The position numbers and the translations under genes are program-made. From a virus, in IMG/VR virus record IMGVR_UViG_3300032288_004702, positions 32,001 through 96,000 of that record: a stretch of DNA of 64,000 nt. One strand, 5' to 3'. Below, piece by piece: positions 16,998 to 27,193 of this stretch. The number at the start of each line of letters is the position of its first letter. Positions within the stretch are counted from its first letter, which is position 1. Below the pieces are notes generated by a model. The model made no database searches, was not told the DNA's origin, and was given only the letters and a program-made list of their open reading frames with translations.

Positions 16998-19900
16998 ATG
17001 GCCGACGAAACAGTCGATATTAAAATTAAGTTTGATGCCCAAACGGCTCAACTTAATAAAGCCATTGCAAAGCTTGCCCTTCTTGAAAAGCAGGTCCAAA
17101 AGCTCTCTAGTGGTAGAGAAAAAGCATTCGCCAAGCGCACAACTCAAGACCTCTTCAATGTAACAAAAGGTTGGAAGAGAAGCTTTGACTTTATAGACGC
17201 CGGTGCCAAAATGGCCGGCAAAGGCCTTACTAAGTTTCTCGGCCTGGCCATCAAGGGCGTAATTATAGAAATGGCAGCACTCGGTGCCGCGATGATTGCT
17301 GTTCACGCGCTTTTTGCGGCTGGGCAATTTTTAATGAAGGCGTATCGAGGGGCAATGCAGATGTTGGCCGCTGGGGCGGCCGGCGTAACGGTAGCAATTG
17401 CTGCTGCCTCCGCTGCAATACGCGAACAGCAGGCTGCCATATTTGCCTATAGAGGAAAGGGTGCACCAGCTTTTGGTTCTGCCATGAACCAAACACGAAT
17501 GGGAATGCGCAACCTCCAGATGGATGCTGACCTAGCAACCCTTGGTGTTGAGTCTTTGAATAAGGCCTACGGCAACATGTCAAAGACGATGAGCACATCT
17601 CAAATAAATACAAGCAAGGGCGCGATAAAAGCCCTCATGGACTTTGGGTCCGCAGGCCAGGACCCAGCAAAAGGCCTGGAGCAGGTTTCTATAGTCATAG
17701 CTGCCCTATCGGACAAGAAAAAGGGAATATCTGACGTCATAACCGAAGCCAAAAAACTTGGTCCAGAAATGGAACAAGCACTTAAGAAGGCAAATGTTAA
17801 GACAAAAAAGCAGTTTCAAGAACTGCTCATGTCTGGGGAGTTGGCCAAAAAGGGTGGAGTAGCCGGACAGTTCGACGCCGTTAACAACACGCTCATAAGC
17901 CAACTAAAAGGATACTTCCAACGCCTGCGCGGTGAATTCGCCGACTTTGGAGACCAATTTCTTGAGCCGCTAAAAGTTGCATTTGAAAAAGTGTTCGGCA
18001 CTATCAGGCGAGACCTACAGCGCGTTATGGGCGCTGTTATGTTCAGCTTTGGAACGCAGGGCGTAATTAACAACTTTTCTGGCGCAATCGAAAAGGCGTC
18101 TAACTGGCTTGTAAAAATGATTCGCGAATACCTGCCTGGTGCTATAGGTATGTTCGACAGAATCGGCGACTGGTTTACACGATTTAAGCGTGGGTGGAAC
18201 ATTGTTCTTGACCAAACTAGACCATTAATAGATGGAGCGCGTGTTCTTTACAAGGCATTTGACCCAGTATGGGAAGCGCTAAAGCGTGGCGCTGGGAACA
18301 TGACCCTTTTTAGGGAGCTGTTGATAGACAACAAAGACAATGTCGAGGAATTCGGCCAAAGGGTTGGAAACCTAATTGATGCCTTGTCTAAGTTCTTTAT
18401 GAACTTGAAAAAAATGTTCATGGACATGCTCCCGTTCCTGAATGACCTAGTCGGTGGCCTAACTGAAGTATTCAAGATGATTTCCGGCATGTTCACAATG
18501 GGCGCAGGGGGTGGGCTGGCAACTGCCCTCGCTCCGCTGCTTGGCTTTGGGATTCTCGGACGAACAATGGCTGGCGTTAAGGGTCGCCTGATGCCTGGCC
18601 AGGGCGTCATGAACCCAAATACTATGAACGTCACAGCTACAAATGTAAATATTGCCAACGCCGTTGGTCCGCGGGCAATGAATAGAACAATGATGGGTGG
18701 AGGTCCTGGCGCTGTTCCAAGCCCATACGGTCCAGTTCTATCTTCTGGTCGACTTCCATCTGGTGCACCAATGCCAGTTGCCCCTGGTGCAATACCAGCT
18801 GGGATGAGCGTTTACCCATCGAGCCCCCTTGCGCTACCTGCAGGAAAGATAAAAGACCTGTCTAAAAGCCCATATAGCACATTTGGGCAAAACGTTAAAC
18901 TCGGAAGCCGGATGATTGTTCGCGGAAGCGACTTTGAGCAAAGAAAGCTTGAGAGGATTACTAGCCGAGAAATGACTGGACGTGGAGTTGGCTACGCAAT
19001 GTTTGGCCAACCAGCAGACCCATACGCAAGCCCGACAATAATGACAAAAGACGGCCCAATAGCTAATCCTCGGTACAACCTGCTTGAAAGCGCTCGGTTC
19101 AGGGCAACACAATCCCTTAATGGCCGCTCAATGGATGAGATTCGCTCAATCGCAACTGCACGCGGAATAACTGTTGGCCCAGACGCAACGAGAGAGGCTC
19201 TTACTCAGCAGATATTACGCAAGAAGGGTGCAATAAAGCAATACAAGGACGAGCCGCGCCCTGTGTCGATAGGCCAGGGTATAGCAAACGATGCTCGTCG
19301 TGGTGCTCTTGCTATTGGCGGGGCAGTTGATAGAGCTCAATATGGAGCCAGACGTTTTGCTGGTGGAGTACGTGGTGGATTTGCTTACATGAACTCTGCA
19401 GCATTTGATGCAGAAAAGGGTGAGTACGTTAATCTCCAGGAACAAAAGGACGCAATACGCGCAAGACGAGACAGAATTCTCCAGCAACGTGGTGGCCGAT
19501 TGAGCAGAATGTCGGCAAATTTACAAGCTTTTAGAGATACGAATCGGGCCAATAGAACTGGTTCTAAATTTGGCAATGCTTATAACAATAAATTTGCCAA
19601 GAGCATGACTGGTCGCATGGGAACGGGAATGGGTTTGGGTCTTGCAAGTCAATACGCCCCAGAAGAAATGCGTGGGGCCATGGCGCTCGGCGCTACAGTT
19701 GCACAGTTCGACCCACGCGCAGGACTTGCCGTAGCTGGCCTTGGTGGTGCCATGAAGGCTAAGGGCGCAATGAAGGGCGCTCTTTCTGGTGCTGCCGGTG
19801 GAGCCGCACTAGGCGCAATGTTTGGACCACAGGCTGCACTTGCGGGCGCTGCGATTGGCCTTGTTTTTGGCGGAATCATGGGTGCCATAAATAAGGGTAA

Positions 19901-21785
19901 AGAAAATATGAAGCAGGCACGTGCTGCGGTTAGGGAGCAGTTCACGTCGCTTTACCAAACTGCTGCCGGTGCAGCTGGTAGCCAAATGGCGCAGAATAAG
20001 CTCCGTTTAGAGCGCGGCGAGAATATAACAGGGCAGACTGGTGCATTTGCCAACATGGGCAAAGAAATGTCAAAAAAGGCAGCCCAGGCAAGGCTTGACA
20101 TGATTGCATCCCTGGAGGCAGCTGGGGCCGTAGGTGAAAAAAATGATGATGGTTCAACCACCTATGACTATCACAACCGAAAGCAACAAACGCTCGATGC
20201 TTATTTTAGGACGGAAAGCGCTAAGGGGCTTACGGCTGACCAGAAAAAAGCAATGCGCAAAGCGGGTGGCACGACAATAGACGCGGTGTTGAAGGAAGGC
20301 GGGCTTCGTGATGACTACGGCAAAATTGATGACGTAAACGCCAAGCGCATTGCAGAGCTATCGAAAGCCACCGGCAAGAGCACTGCAGAACTAGAGTTGC
20401 TTGCCCAAACAATGGGGGTAAACCTATATGACGCAACGATGGACTACGATACGTTGCTCGGCAAATTCACCAAGAACCTTAGAAAAAATAAAGAACAGCT
20501 AAATGCAGCACTGACAGACGTTTTTCTCGCGGGAGCAAATCCATTCGCAAAAAATAGACAACAGAATGAAGCGCAGTACGCACTAAATCAGAACTTCCGG
20601 CAAATAGGCGACATCCTTAGGGGTGGCGGAAGTGAAGCTGAAAAAATGGGTGCTATCAACACCGGCATGGAGCAGGCGTTCTCGCAAATACTTACTGTTG
20701 CTGGTGGAGATGCGTTTAAAGCATACGAAATGTTCAACAAGATGTTCCGCGCCGGAGAGGGCAAGGGGCTATTTGCCGAAAACGCTGAATTTGCTGGAAT
20801 GGACAAATACTTTGCGAATAACCCATTATTCCAAGAAGCTGCATCATCAATAGATAAGGGAGTTGCAAAAGAAGCTGGCACTCAGGTCCGAGGAATTCTT
20901 GCCGACAAAGGCATGACTATTAATGGGGCAAAGCTTGAAAGCATAATTGAATCAATGTCGCCACAGGACAGGGAAAAATTCCTTAAAGACCTGTCTACGT
21001 ATGGTGCTGTGCCACCAGCTGGCGCAAATGCGAAAGGTTTTACAATTAGCCCGCTTCAGGCGGCCCTTGATTCTAAAGACCCAGCCAAGGCGCTGGCTGC
21101 GTTAAACCCAGCATTTGCTCAGCTGGAGATTGGAAAAACAGACAAAGGCGAAATGAATGAGCTGGTAAATGCTGCCGGCGATATGGCAACTGCGCTTGAA
21201 GAGTTCAATAAACTTGTGGGCGGATTTTTTACCGGACCTAACGGTGGACCGGACTGGTGGAATAAAGGGCTAAAAATAACTGGCTCCGGAGACGATATGC
21301 GCCTAATGCCTGGAGATACATCAAGTCCTCGTGGATGGATGGTTGGAGATACATCAACAAGCAAGCTTTCACAGACAATGTCGCGTCATGCGGCAATGAA
21401 TGGTCAATTAACTGGAAAGCGCACGATTACATCAAGTTTACGAAACTATGCTCTCGGCTCTCCAAGTTCTGACCATGCAACTGGGGCCGCATATGACCTA
21501 ACTGGGCAAAATCTTGGACAGTACGCAAAGCTTGTTCACGCTAATGGCGGTTTTGCCGAGTTCCACGGAAGCATGGCAAGCCGTCACCTACACGTAGTGC
21601 CTGGTCCCGGAGTAGGCGACACAAGTACTGTTCGCCCAGTTGCTTCAGTTTCTTCAGGCGGAGGTGGAACAACTAATTATTATTCAATTGAGATAAACGG
21701 CGCAAACGCATCTCCGGAGGCAATAGCAAATATGGTTATGGCCAAAATTGAGGCTAAAGAACGTTCCAACAGGGAGCGCAGATAA
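16998..21785 (+). CDS. Tape measure protein with C-terminal M15-like peptidase domain
   Basis: 1595 aa, helical and Ala/Gly-rich, follows the chaperone; C-terminal SDHATGAAYD...HLHV. Confidence 0.9.
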   Translation: MADETVDIKIKFDAQTAQLNKAIAKLALLEKQVQKLSSGREKAFAKRTTQDLFNVTKGWKRSFDFIDAGAKMAGKGLTKFLGLAIKGVIIEMAALGAAMIAVHALFAAGQFLMKAYRGAMQMLAAGAAGVTVAIAAASAAIREQQAAIFAYRGKGAPAFGSAMNQTRMGMRNLQMDADLATLGVESLNKAYGNMSKTMSTSQINTSKGAIKALMDFGSAGQDPAKGLEQVSIVIAALSDKKKGISDVITEAKKLGPEMEQALKKANVKTKKQFQELLMSGELAKKGGVAGQFDAVNNTLISQLKGYFQRLRGEFADFGDQFLEPLKVAFEKVFGTIRRDLQRVMGAVMFSFGTQGVINNFSGAIEKASNWLVKMIREYLPGAIGMFDRIGDWFTRFKRGWNIVLDQTRPLIDGARVLYKAFDPVWEALKRGAGNMTLFRELLIDNKDNVEEFGQRVGNLIDALSKFFMNLKKMFMDMLPFLNDLVGGLTEVFKMISGMFTMGAGGGLATALAPLLGFGILGRTMAGVKGRLMPGQGVMNPNTMNVTATNVNIANAVGPRAMNRTMMGGGPGAVPSPYGPVLSSGRLPSGAPMPVAPGAIPAGMSVYPSSPLALPAGKIKDLSKSPYSTFGQNVKLGSRMIVRGSDFEQRKLERITSREMTGRGVGYAMFGQPADPYASPTIMTKDGPIANPRYNLLESARFRATQSLNGRSMDEIRSIATARGITVGPDATREALTQQILRKKGAIKQYKDEPRPVSIGQGIANDARRGALAIGGAVDRAQYGARRFAGGVRGGFAYMNSAAFDAEKGEYVNLQEQKDAIRARRDRILQQRGGRLSRMSANLQAFRDTNRANRTGSKFGNAYNNKFAKSMTGRMGTGMGLGLASQYAPEEMRGAMALGATVAQFDPRAGLAVAGLGGAMKAKGAMKGALSGAAGGAALGAMFGPQAALAGAAIGLVFGGIMGAINKGKENMKQARAAVREQFTSLYQTAAGAAGSQMAQNKLRLERGENITGQTGAFANMGKEMSKKAAQARLDMIASLEAAGAVGEKNDDGSTTYDYHNRKQQTLDAYFRTESAKGLTADQKKAMRKAGGTTIDAVLKEGGLRDDYGKIDDVNAKRIAELSKATGKSTAELELLAQTMGVNLYDATMDYDTLLGKFTKNLRKNKEQLNAALTDVFLAGANPFAKNRQQNEAQYALNQNFRQIGDILRGGGSEAEKMGAINTGMEQAFSQILTVAGGDAFKAYEMFNKMFRAGEGKGLFAENAEFAGMDKYFANNPLFQEAASSIDKGVAKEAGTQVRGILADKGMTINGAKLESIIESMSPQDREKFLKDLSTYGAVPPAGANAKGFTISPLQAALDSKDPAKALAALNPAFAQLEIGKTDKGEMNELVNAAGDMATALEEFNKLVGGFFTGPNGGPDWWNKGLKITGSGDDMRLMPGDTSSPRGWMVGDTSTSKLSQTMSRHAAMNGQLTGKRTITSSLRNYALGSPSSDHATGAAYDLTGQNLGQYAKLVHANGGFAEFHGSMASRHLHVVPGPGVGDTSTVRPVASVSSGGGGTTNYYSIEINGANASPEAIANMVMAKIEAKERSNRERR

Positions 21786-23290
21786 TGGCTGTTGGAAATA
21801 TCGTTTACATCACTGTTGGTTATACAGAAACAGACAACGCGAGCCTTCGCAAGGGATACCCCGTAAAACGTAAGTATAAGCAGACGGAGAATACGCAATC
21901 GCCGAAATTCCCATCTTCATATATGGAAGTGTCCGACCAGCTTTATTGGTTTCCGTTCACGTCTCTTGGCGCATCTGATGAAAACTACATACCATACACG
22001 GTTGGTGATGAGTATGGGTGGTCGGACGACCAGGCGAAGCGCGCACCAGAGATACCGTATTCAAATCCACGGACGACAAAATATGACGACTTCCCTGTGG
22101 GGCAAAAAATTGTGTACGGCGGCTCGATATATGTAGCTACGCGCTATACATTTGATTGGGGCGAAACAAAGTTTGATGTTTCAATTAACCCATACAAAAC
22201 GGGACGAATAAGAAAGTGGCGTAAATTTACAGACACTTCTGATGAGTGGACGCAATACTGGTATCACCCGTTGCTAAAGCGTTTTTATACACTCGCTTCT
22301 ACTGACGAACTTCAAGAGCTGCCGGATTTTGACGAACCGTCACAATCCAGGTGGGACAGGTTCAAGGGCGACGCGAAAGACATGAATCTCAATAACTTCA
22401 CATTTGCTCAAATACGAGAACTTGTATCTACCGGCTCCGCCCTAACCACGGCGCAGTCTGCTGTTCAGTCGCTAGAAGAGAGGTCAATGTCGCCACTTAC
22501 TGGGCAGATTGAAGCTGGAACTGATGTCAGGGTCTCTAGCGTTCAGCAATCGGGGTCTTTTGTAATAAACAATAGTATCGCTGGTCAAAATGGGGAGGGG
22601 CAGCTCCTGCCAGACAACCTGCCGAAGATGATTCAACGCATGAGTACGGGTAAATCTGGTGTTAAAACAGTACTTGATACGTATGTATTTAACCTACGGC
22701 CAAACAATGTCTCATATTCAAATATAGGTATTACATGGACGGAAGTTGACAGGGTTAACAACTTCCCGCTAGTTGACTATAGAAATAACAAACTTATGAA
22801 AATAACTTTCGAGTTTGTTGTTGAAGCTCAGTTGATTGGGATATCAAGCCTTTACGAATCATGTGAAGATAGATTGAAACAAGTTCAGCGCATGGCAAGT
22901 AGGCCAGAGCTTGTAGTTTTTACGAATTTTGACTCATTATTCGGTGAAGTCTCTTTTGACAACTTGACCGCCTCTAATTATCGCGAGTGGGCAATTGTTG
23001 AGATGTCAATTAACTCAATTCAGCGAACACCTGCCGGCACGGATACTGCACAAGGTTCAATAAGCAGAGCAACAGTAAGTATGACAATTCAAGAAGTACG
23101 ACTCTCGCCTGACCAGGTTATTTTTATGCCAAAACTAAGAAAAGTTCCTGGCGTTCCAAATATCCCAACCGACATACCTGACCCAACACCATGTATAGAG
23201 CTTGCAACAGACACAGTCGTTGGAAAGGTGCCAGGCCTGAAATATAGCCCATGTTGGTATAAGAATAGGGGCCTCCCTGTTCCGGGGTGA
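21785..23290 (+). CDS. Tail tube initiator / baseplate protein
   Basis: Follows TMP; C-terminal half has a tube-like fold pattern (FNLRPNNVSYS...RATVSMTIQE). Confidence 0.6.
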   Translation: MAVGNIVYITVGYTETDNASLRKGYPVKRKYKQTENTQSPKFPSSYMEVSDQLYWFPFTSLGASDENYIPYTVGDEYGWSDDQAKRAPEIPYSNPRTTKYDDFPVGQKIVYGGSIYVATRYTFDWGETKFDVSINPYKTGRIRKWRKFTDTSDEWTQYWYHPLLKRFYTLASTDELQELPDFDEPSQSRWDRFKGDAKDMNLNNFTFAQIRELVSTGSALTTAQSAVQSLEERSMSPLTGQIEAGTDVRVSSVQQSGSFVINNSIAGQNGEGQLLPDNLPKMIQRMSTGKSGVKTVLDTYVFNLRPNNVSYSNIGITWTEVDRVNNFPLVDYRNNKLMKITFEFVVEAQLIGISSLYESCEDRLKQVQRMASRPELVVFTNFDSLFGEVSFDNLTASNYREWAIVEMSINSIQRTPAGTDTAQGSISRATVSMTIQEVRLSPDQVIFMPKLRKVPGVPNIPTDIPDPTPCIELATDTVVGKVPGLKYSPCWYKNRGLPVPG

Positions 23291-25020
23291 TAAGTATGTC
23301 TTCTAAGCTTTTTCTACCGCCAACAGTTGATACATACAGGGACAGCCTTAACGCCACAAATTTTCGTGGGCCTTTTGAGCGTAAAATAATTATTGCCTCT
23401 CTACCGGACAATCTCCAGGCTGACATTTCTCACAACGTTACTCAGGTAAGTGTTAGCTACTCGATATCGCTTGTTTCGGAGTTGTCATTTGACGTAATTG
23501 ACGTTGACCTGCTTATGTCTAGAAATAATTATTTCATACTTGGGCGAGACGTAATATACGAAACACAGACACTTGGTCGCGTTGATTCATATACCGGAGA
23601 AGTTCGCCCAGTTCGCCAGCTTTTTGAAATCTCCGATGTGACTGTTTCCCAGGGTCCAGGTGGTTCTGCCGTTTACTCAGTTAAGTGCTACACCAAGGCA
23701 ATACAGCAAATGAAACGGGATAAAAAACCCGGCTCAATTAAAGGCAATGGAAGTCAGTACATTAGGAATGCGGCGAAAAAATATGGACTTGAGGTGTATT
23801 ACCAGGAAACCTCAAAAGCTAAAACTATTTCGAAAGCCAGTGGTTCAAAGCAGACAGAATCGCTCTGGGACGTAATGCTCAGGCTCGCGGATGATGCAAA
23901 ATTTGTTTTATTTGAAGTAGATGGAATTTTGATATTTGCGTCTGAAAAATTTTTAATGCATAAATGGGGAACAAATATACGTTATGTTGAAAAAACTGTT
24001 GCTGACCCAAAGACAAAGAAGAAGAAAAAAAAGAGGCTTGCTAGGAGATTTATACCGCTTCAGTGGCCAAATGGTGGAGATGGGTATGTTGGCACTCCTG
24101 GGTATTTCCGGCTTGTAGAACGTCCAACATTTAGAAAATCAGCAAATGACCCATACGCAGGAGAGGGGAGCTGCCTAGTAGAAAGATTTAACGGAACGCA
24201 AATACGTCCGGGTATGACGGCATATGTTGGTCTTGTTCCAAACATGTCTGGTTATTACCTAATTGATTCTGTCTCGTATAACGAAATGGTTCCTGACCCA
24301 GTATCTGTTTCTTTTAGAACTCTTACAAGAGATGAAGAAAAAGAAAAAATTGAATTACTGCCAATAGGAAAAACATATCAACAGACAGCTTTAATTGGTC
24401 AACCGATTAGAACTACGGCAGAGGCCGCAAAAATAGAAAAAGGCAATCCAATTTCTAAGCCATCGGCAGATAAAAGAATAATTGGGGAAAACCTACCGAC
24501 AGCAGAATTTAGATATAGATACCCACAAATGGAATACGCCAACATATCTCGAACATATGCATCTGTTTTGGGTAAAGTTGAAGAAAGCACAAATCAAAGA
24601 AACACAGTGATAATTACTGGAAATATTGATTTATGGGAAAGACCCGTTCTACCAACTCTGAATAATTCGGGTACGCAAACAATCGGATACCAGACACTCT
24701 CCCAAGTGGTTCACGTTGTTACTGCTGGCTCAGAGTACAGGGCAATAATATTGCCGCTTCTCTACACCGAAGGCGGAATTCCAGTATTAAAAACAGAGGC
24801 TCAGGCTATTGAGAAATACAACAGCGCTGGGGGGTATTCTGGAACGGCAAAACATTTTGGGGTCGTATCCGGGCCAACAAGAAACGCTGCACTTCTAAAC
24901 GCCCGAGACTATTCTTTTCTGCTCAATCTGCAGCAAAGTTTGATAATGAGCAAGCGTTTTCCAGATTTTAGCCTGTCAACAATAGTCGCAACACCTGGCT
25001 CTGCTGACAGTCAGTGGTAA
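23287..25020 (+). CDS. Baseplate hub protein (Mu gp44 / gpD-like)
   Basis: ESLWDVMLRLADDAKFVLFEVDGILIF, IRPGMT, GYYLIDSVSY. Confidence 0.78.
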   Translation: MISMSSKLFLPPTVDTYRDSLNATNFRGPFERKIIIASLPDNLQADISHNVTQVSVSYSISLVSELSFDVIDVDLLMSRNNYFILGRDVIYETQTLGRVDSYTGEVRPVRQLFEISDVTVSQGPGGSAVYSVKCYTKAIQQMKRDKKPGSIKGNGSQYIRNAAKKYGLEVYYQETSKAKTISKASGSKQTESLWDVMLRLADDAKFVLFEVDGILIFASEKFLMHKWGTNIRYVEKTVADPKTKKKKKKRLARRFIPLQWPNGGDGYVGTPGYFRLVERPTFRKSANDPYAGEGSCLVERFNGTQIRPGMTAYVGLVPNMSGYYLIDSVSYNEMVPDPVSVSFRTLTRDEEKEKIELLPIGKTYQQTALIGQPIRTTAEAAKIEKGNPISKPSADKRIIGENLPTAEFRYRYPQMEYANISRTYASVLGKVEESTNQRNTVIITGNIDLWERPVLPTLNNSGTQTIGYQTLSQVVHVVTAGSEYRAIILPLLYTEGGIPVLKTEAQAIEKYNSAGGYSGTAKHFGVVSGPTRNAALLNARDYSFLLNLQQSLIMSKRFPDFSLSTIVATPGSADSQW

Positions 25021-25055
25021 ACGTGAACATGTTTAAGATTTAAAATAGTAAGGTT

Positions 25056-25418
25056 ATGAATATGCGCCCAGACATAGTTGATAGAACAAAATCCTCTTCC
25101 CACCCACTGCGGGCTGGACGATTCTACACTGGCGTCATTAAATCAGTTGACACCAGGGGGGCTGTTGTGGTGCATATTACAGAGTTGGGCTCTTCATATG
25201 AAAAGGTAGTGCCAATCGGAACTACGCCAGCAAACCATCTATCTGTTGGCGATGTAGTCAAATGCACATTTGCCGATGAATTTTTTAATGAGTTAATAGT
25301 TTTTGGAAGCGCACAAATAAAAGACTCCGATTATCCGACCATTGAGCAATACAACTCCCTTTTATCAACGGTAAATGACCTGGTTTCAAGAGTTGAAACG
25401 CTTGAGGGTGGTGCCTAA
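25056..25418 (+). CDS. Baseplate spike (gpV-like OB-fold)
   Basis: FYTGVIKSVD...VHITELG...SVGDVVKCTF; position. Confidence 0.7.
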   Translation: MNMRPDIVDRTKSSSHPLRAGRFYTGVIKSVDTRGAVVVHITELGSSYEKVVPIGTTPANHLSVGDVVKCTFADEFFNELIVFGSAQIKDSDYPTIEQYNSLLSTVNDLVSRVETLEGGA

Positions 25419-25420
25419 TT

Positions 25421-25723
25421 ATGCAGATGATTAAGTTTCCACTCAGGTTTGACTCCACTGGATTTGAGAAAATCGACGAAGGAACTACTGATTACTATTC
25501 TCAGCTTTTATCAATATGCATGTTGACCGAGCCTGGCACACACCCAATGAGCCCGCAGTTTGGTGCATATGACCCGTCGTTTAGGGTTATAGATAAAAGT
25601 ATTTTTGTTTTGAATGCTTCTCAGTTTGTACCAGAAGTAACAATAACAAATATTGACATATCCGAAAAAGACTCAGCAGACGGCGCAGTTAAAGTTGCCG
25701 TCTCTTTCAACATCAACACGTAG
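25421..25723 (+). CDS. Baseplate wedge gp25/gpW-like
   Basis: IKFPLRF, LTEPGTHPMSPQFG. Confidence 0.8.
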   Translation: MQMIKFPLRFDSTGFEKIDEGTTDYYSQLLSICMLTEPGTHPMSPQFGAYDPSFRVIDKSIFVLNASQFVPEVTITNIDISEKDSADGAVKVAVSFNINT

Positions 25724-25734
25724 GGATTGTAGCC

Positions 25735-27192
25735 ATGGCAGCAGATTTTTCAGAATATGTCGACCTTTCAATATTCGACAAAGAACCAGGAGATATATAT
25801 CGCGACGCCATTGAGCTGGCGCGGCTATCCCTGCCCGATTTTAATCTACGCGTAGGCACTCCAGAGGATGCAATATTTCAAGCTGCAGCGTACGTCGGCG
25901 CGCTAAACATTAACGCAATTAATAGGCTTCCAGACAGATTGATGGCTGGAATAGTTTCAATGCTTGGATACCAGCGACAAGAAGCAATACCAGCAGAAGT
26001 TGATGTTGAAATAACTATAGGCTCATACGAAGGCGGCGTCATACCCGTTGGGACGGTATTCGTTTATGACTCAGTATTCGAAGATGAAGTTCAGCAATAC
26101 GCATTCCAACTAACATCCGCATTGACGATACCCGCAACAATAGGGACCGATTACCCTTCCGAAATTGCCACAGTTACAGCAATTGAGGCTGGTGTAATGC
26201 CTCCGCTTACTGCGGGAACTGAACTTGCTGTCATTTCATCAGGTACAGATATTGTTTCTGTCGTAGTGGCCGATGATGCAAATTTTGCGAATGGCATAAA
26301 TGCTGATATGGATAATGAGTACCTTTCAAAGGCAACAACATATCTCCGGTCTCTTGCCTCTGCCCTTGTGAGACCATCTCAGGTTGATGCATATCTGCTA
26401 ACCAATTATCCAGGAATCGTGTCTAGGGCAAAAACATTTGACCTGACAAATGGCGACCCCGATGGTGGCGACATAACAACGAAGCGCTCTAGCGGAGTTA
26501 TACAAACATTTCTATCTAGCAACTTGGCAACAATAGAGACAGAGGCACCGCATTTGTTTATTGTTGGCGATGTTGTTGAGCTCGATATATTTAACTCGTC
26601 TGTCAGTGCAACATTTAATGGTACACATACGATAACTGGTGCTGACGACACAACGTTCAGCTTTGTAAAAGTTGCAGGAAATTCAGCCAGCACTGTTGTT
26701 ACCGGCTCGGCATATGCTGGGCAGGATGTCCCGGGATACGTAACAGTTGTCGCATACGGAAATAATACAGAACTTACTTCGCCGCAAAAAATTGATATCT
26801 TAAGCGAAATACGGGCGAAGTCTGTTGCCGGCCTAACAATTGAGCTAATTGACCCGACATTGGTGACGCTCGAAATATCTGGTTCAATAACACTGAACCA
26901 ACAATATGAACAAACATCCCTATATCAAACAATAGAGGATGCATTAGTAGAGTATTTAAGTCCATCAAAGTTCTCGTTTAATTTCGACAGAATAAGACAT
27001 AGCCAAGTTGTGTCACTAATTAGCGGCATTCCCGGTGTTGTCTATGTTGAGTCTCTGACGCTTACCCCCACTGGTAGCGGATGGTTGCCACAGCATGATA
27101 ATGATTTGCTGTTCAGGGACAAGGGTTCGCTGCCAATACTCTCACTAGACGACATTGATTTTACCTATGTCGCAGTAGACGTGGAGGGCTGA
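25735..27192 (+). CDS. Baseplate J-like wedge protein
   Basis: VIPVGTVF, NGINADMDNEYL, ISGIPGVVYV; contains an inserted beta domain. Confidence 0.85.
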   Translation: MAADFSEYVDLSIFDKEPGDIYRDAIELARLSLPDFNLRVGTPEDAIFQAAAYVGALNINAINRLPDRLMAGIVSMLGYQRQEAIPAEVDVEITIGSYEGGVIPVGTVFVYDSVFEDEVQQYAFQLTSALTIPATIGTDYPSEIATVTAIEAGVMPPLTAGTELAVISSGTDIVSVVVADDANFANGINADMDNEYLSKATTYLRSLASALVRPSQVDAYLLTNYPGIVSRAKTFDLTNGDPDGGDITTKRSSGVIQTFLSSNLATIETEAPHLFIVGDVVELDIFNSSVSATFNGTHTITGADDTTFSFVKVAGNSASTVVTGSAYAGQDVPGYVTVVAYGNNTELTSPQKIDILSEIRAKSVAGLTIELIDPTLVTLEISGSITLNQQYEQTSLYQTIEDALVEYLSPSKFSFNFDRIRHSQVVSLISGIPGVVYVESLTLTPTGSGWLPQHDNDLLFRDKGSLPILSLDDIDFTYVAVDVEG

Positions 27193-27193
27193 G

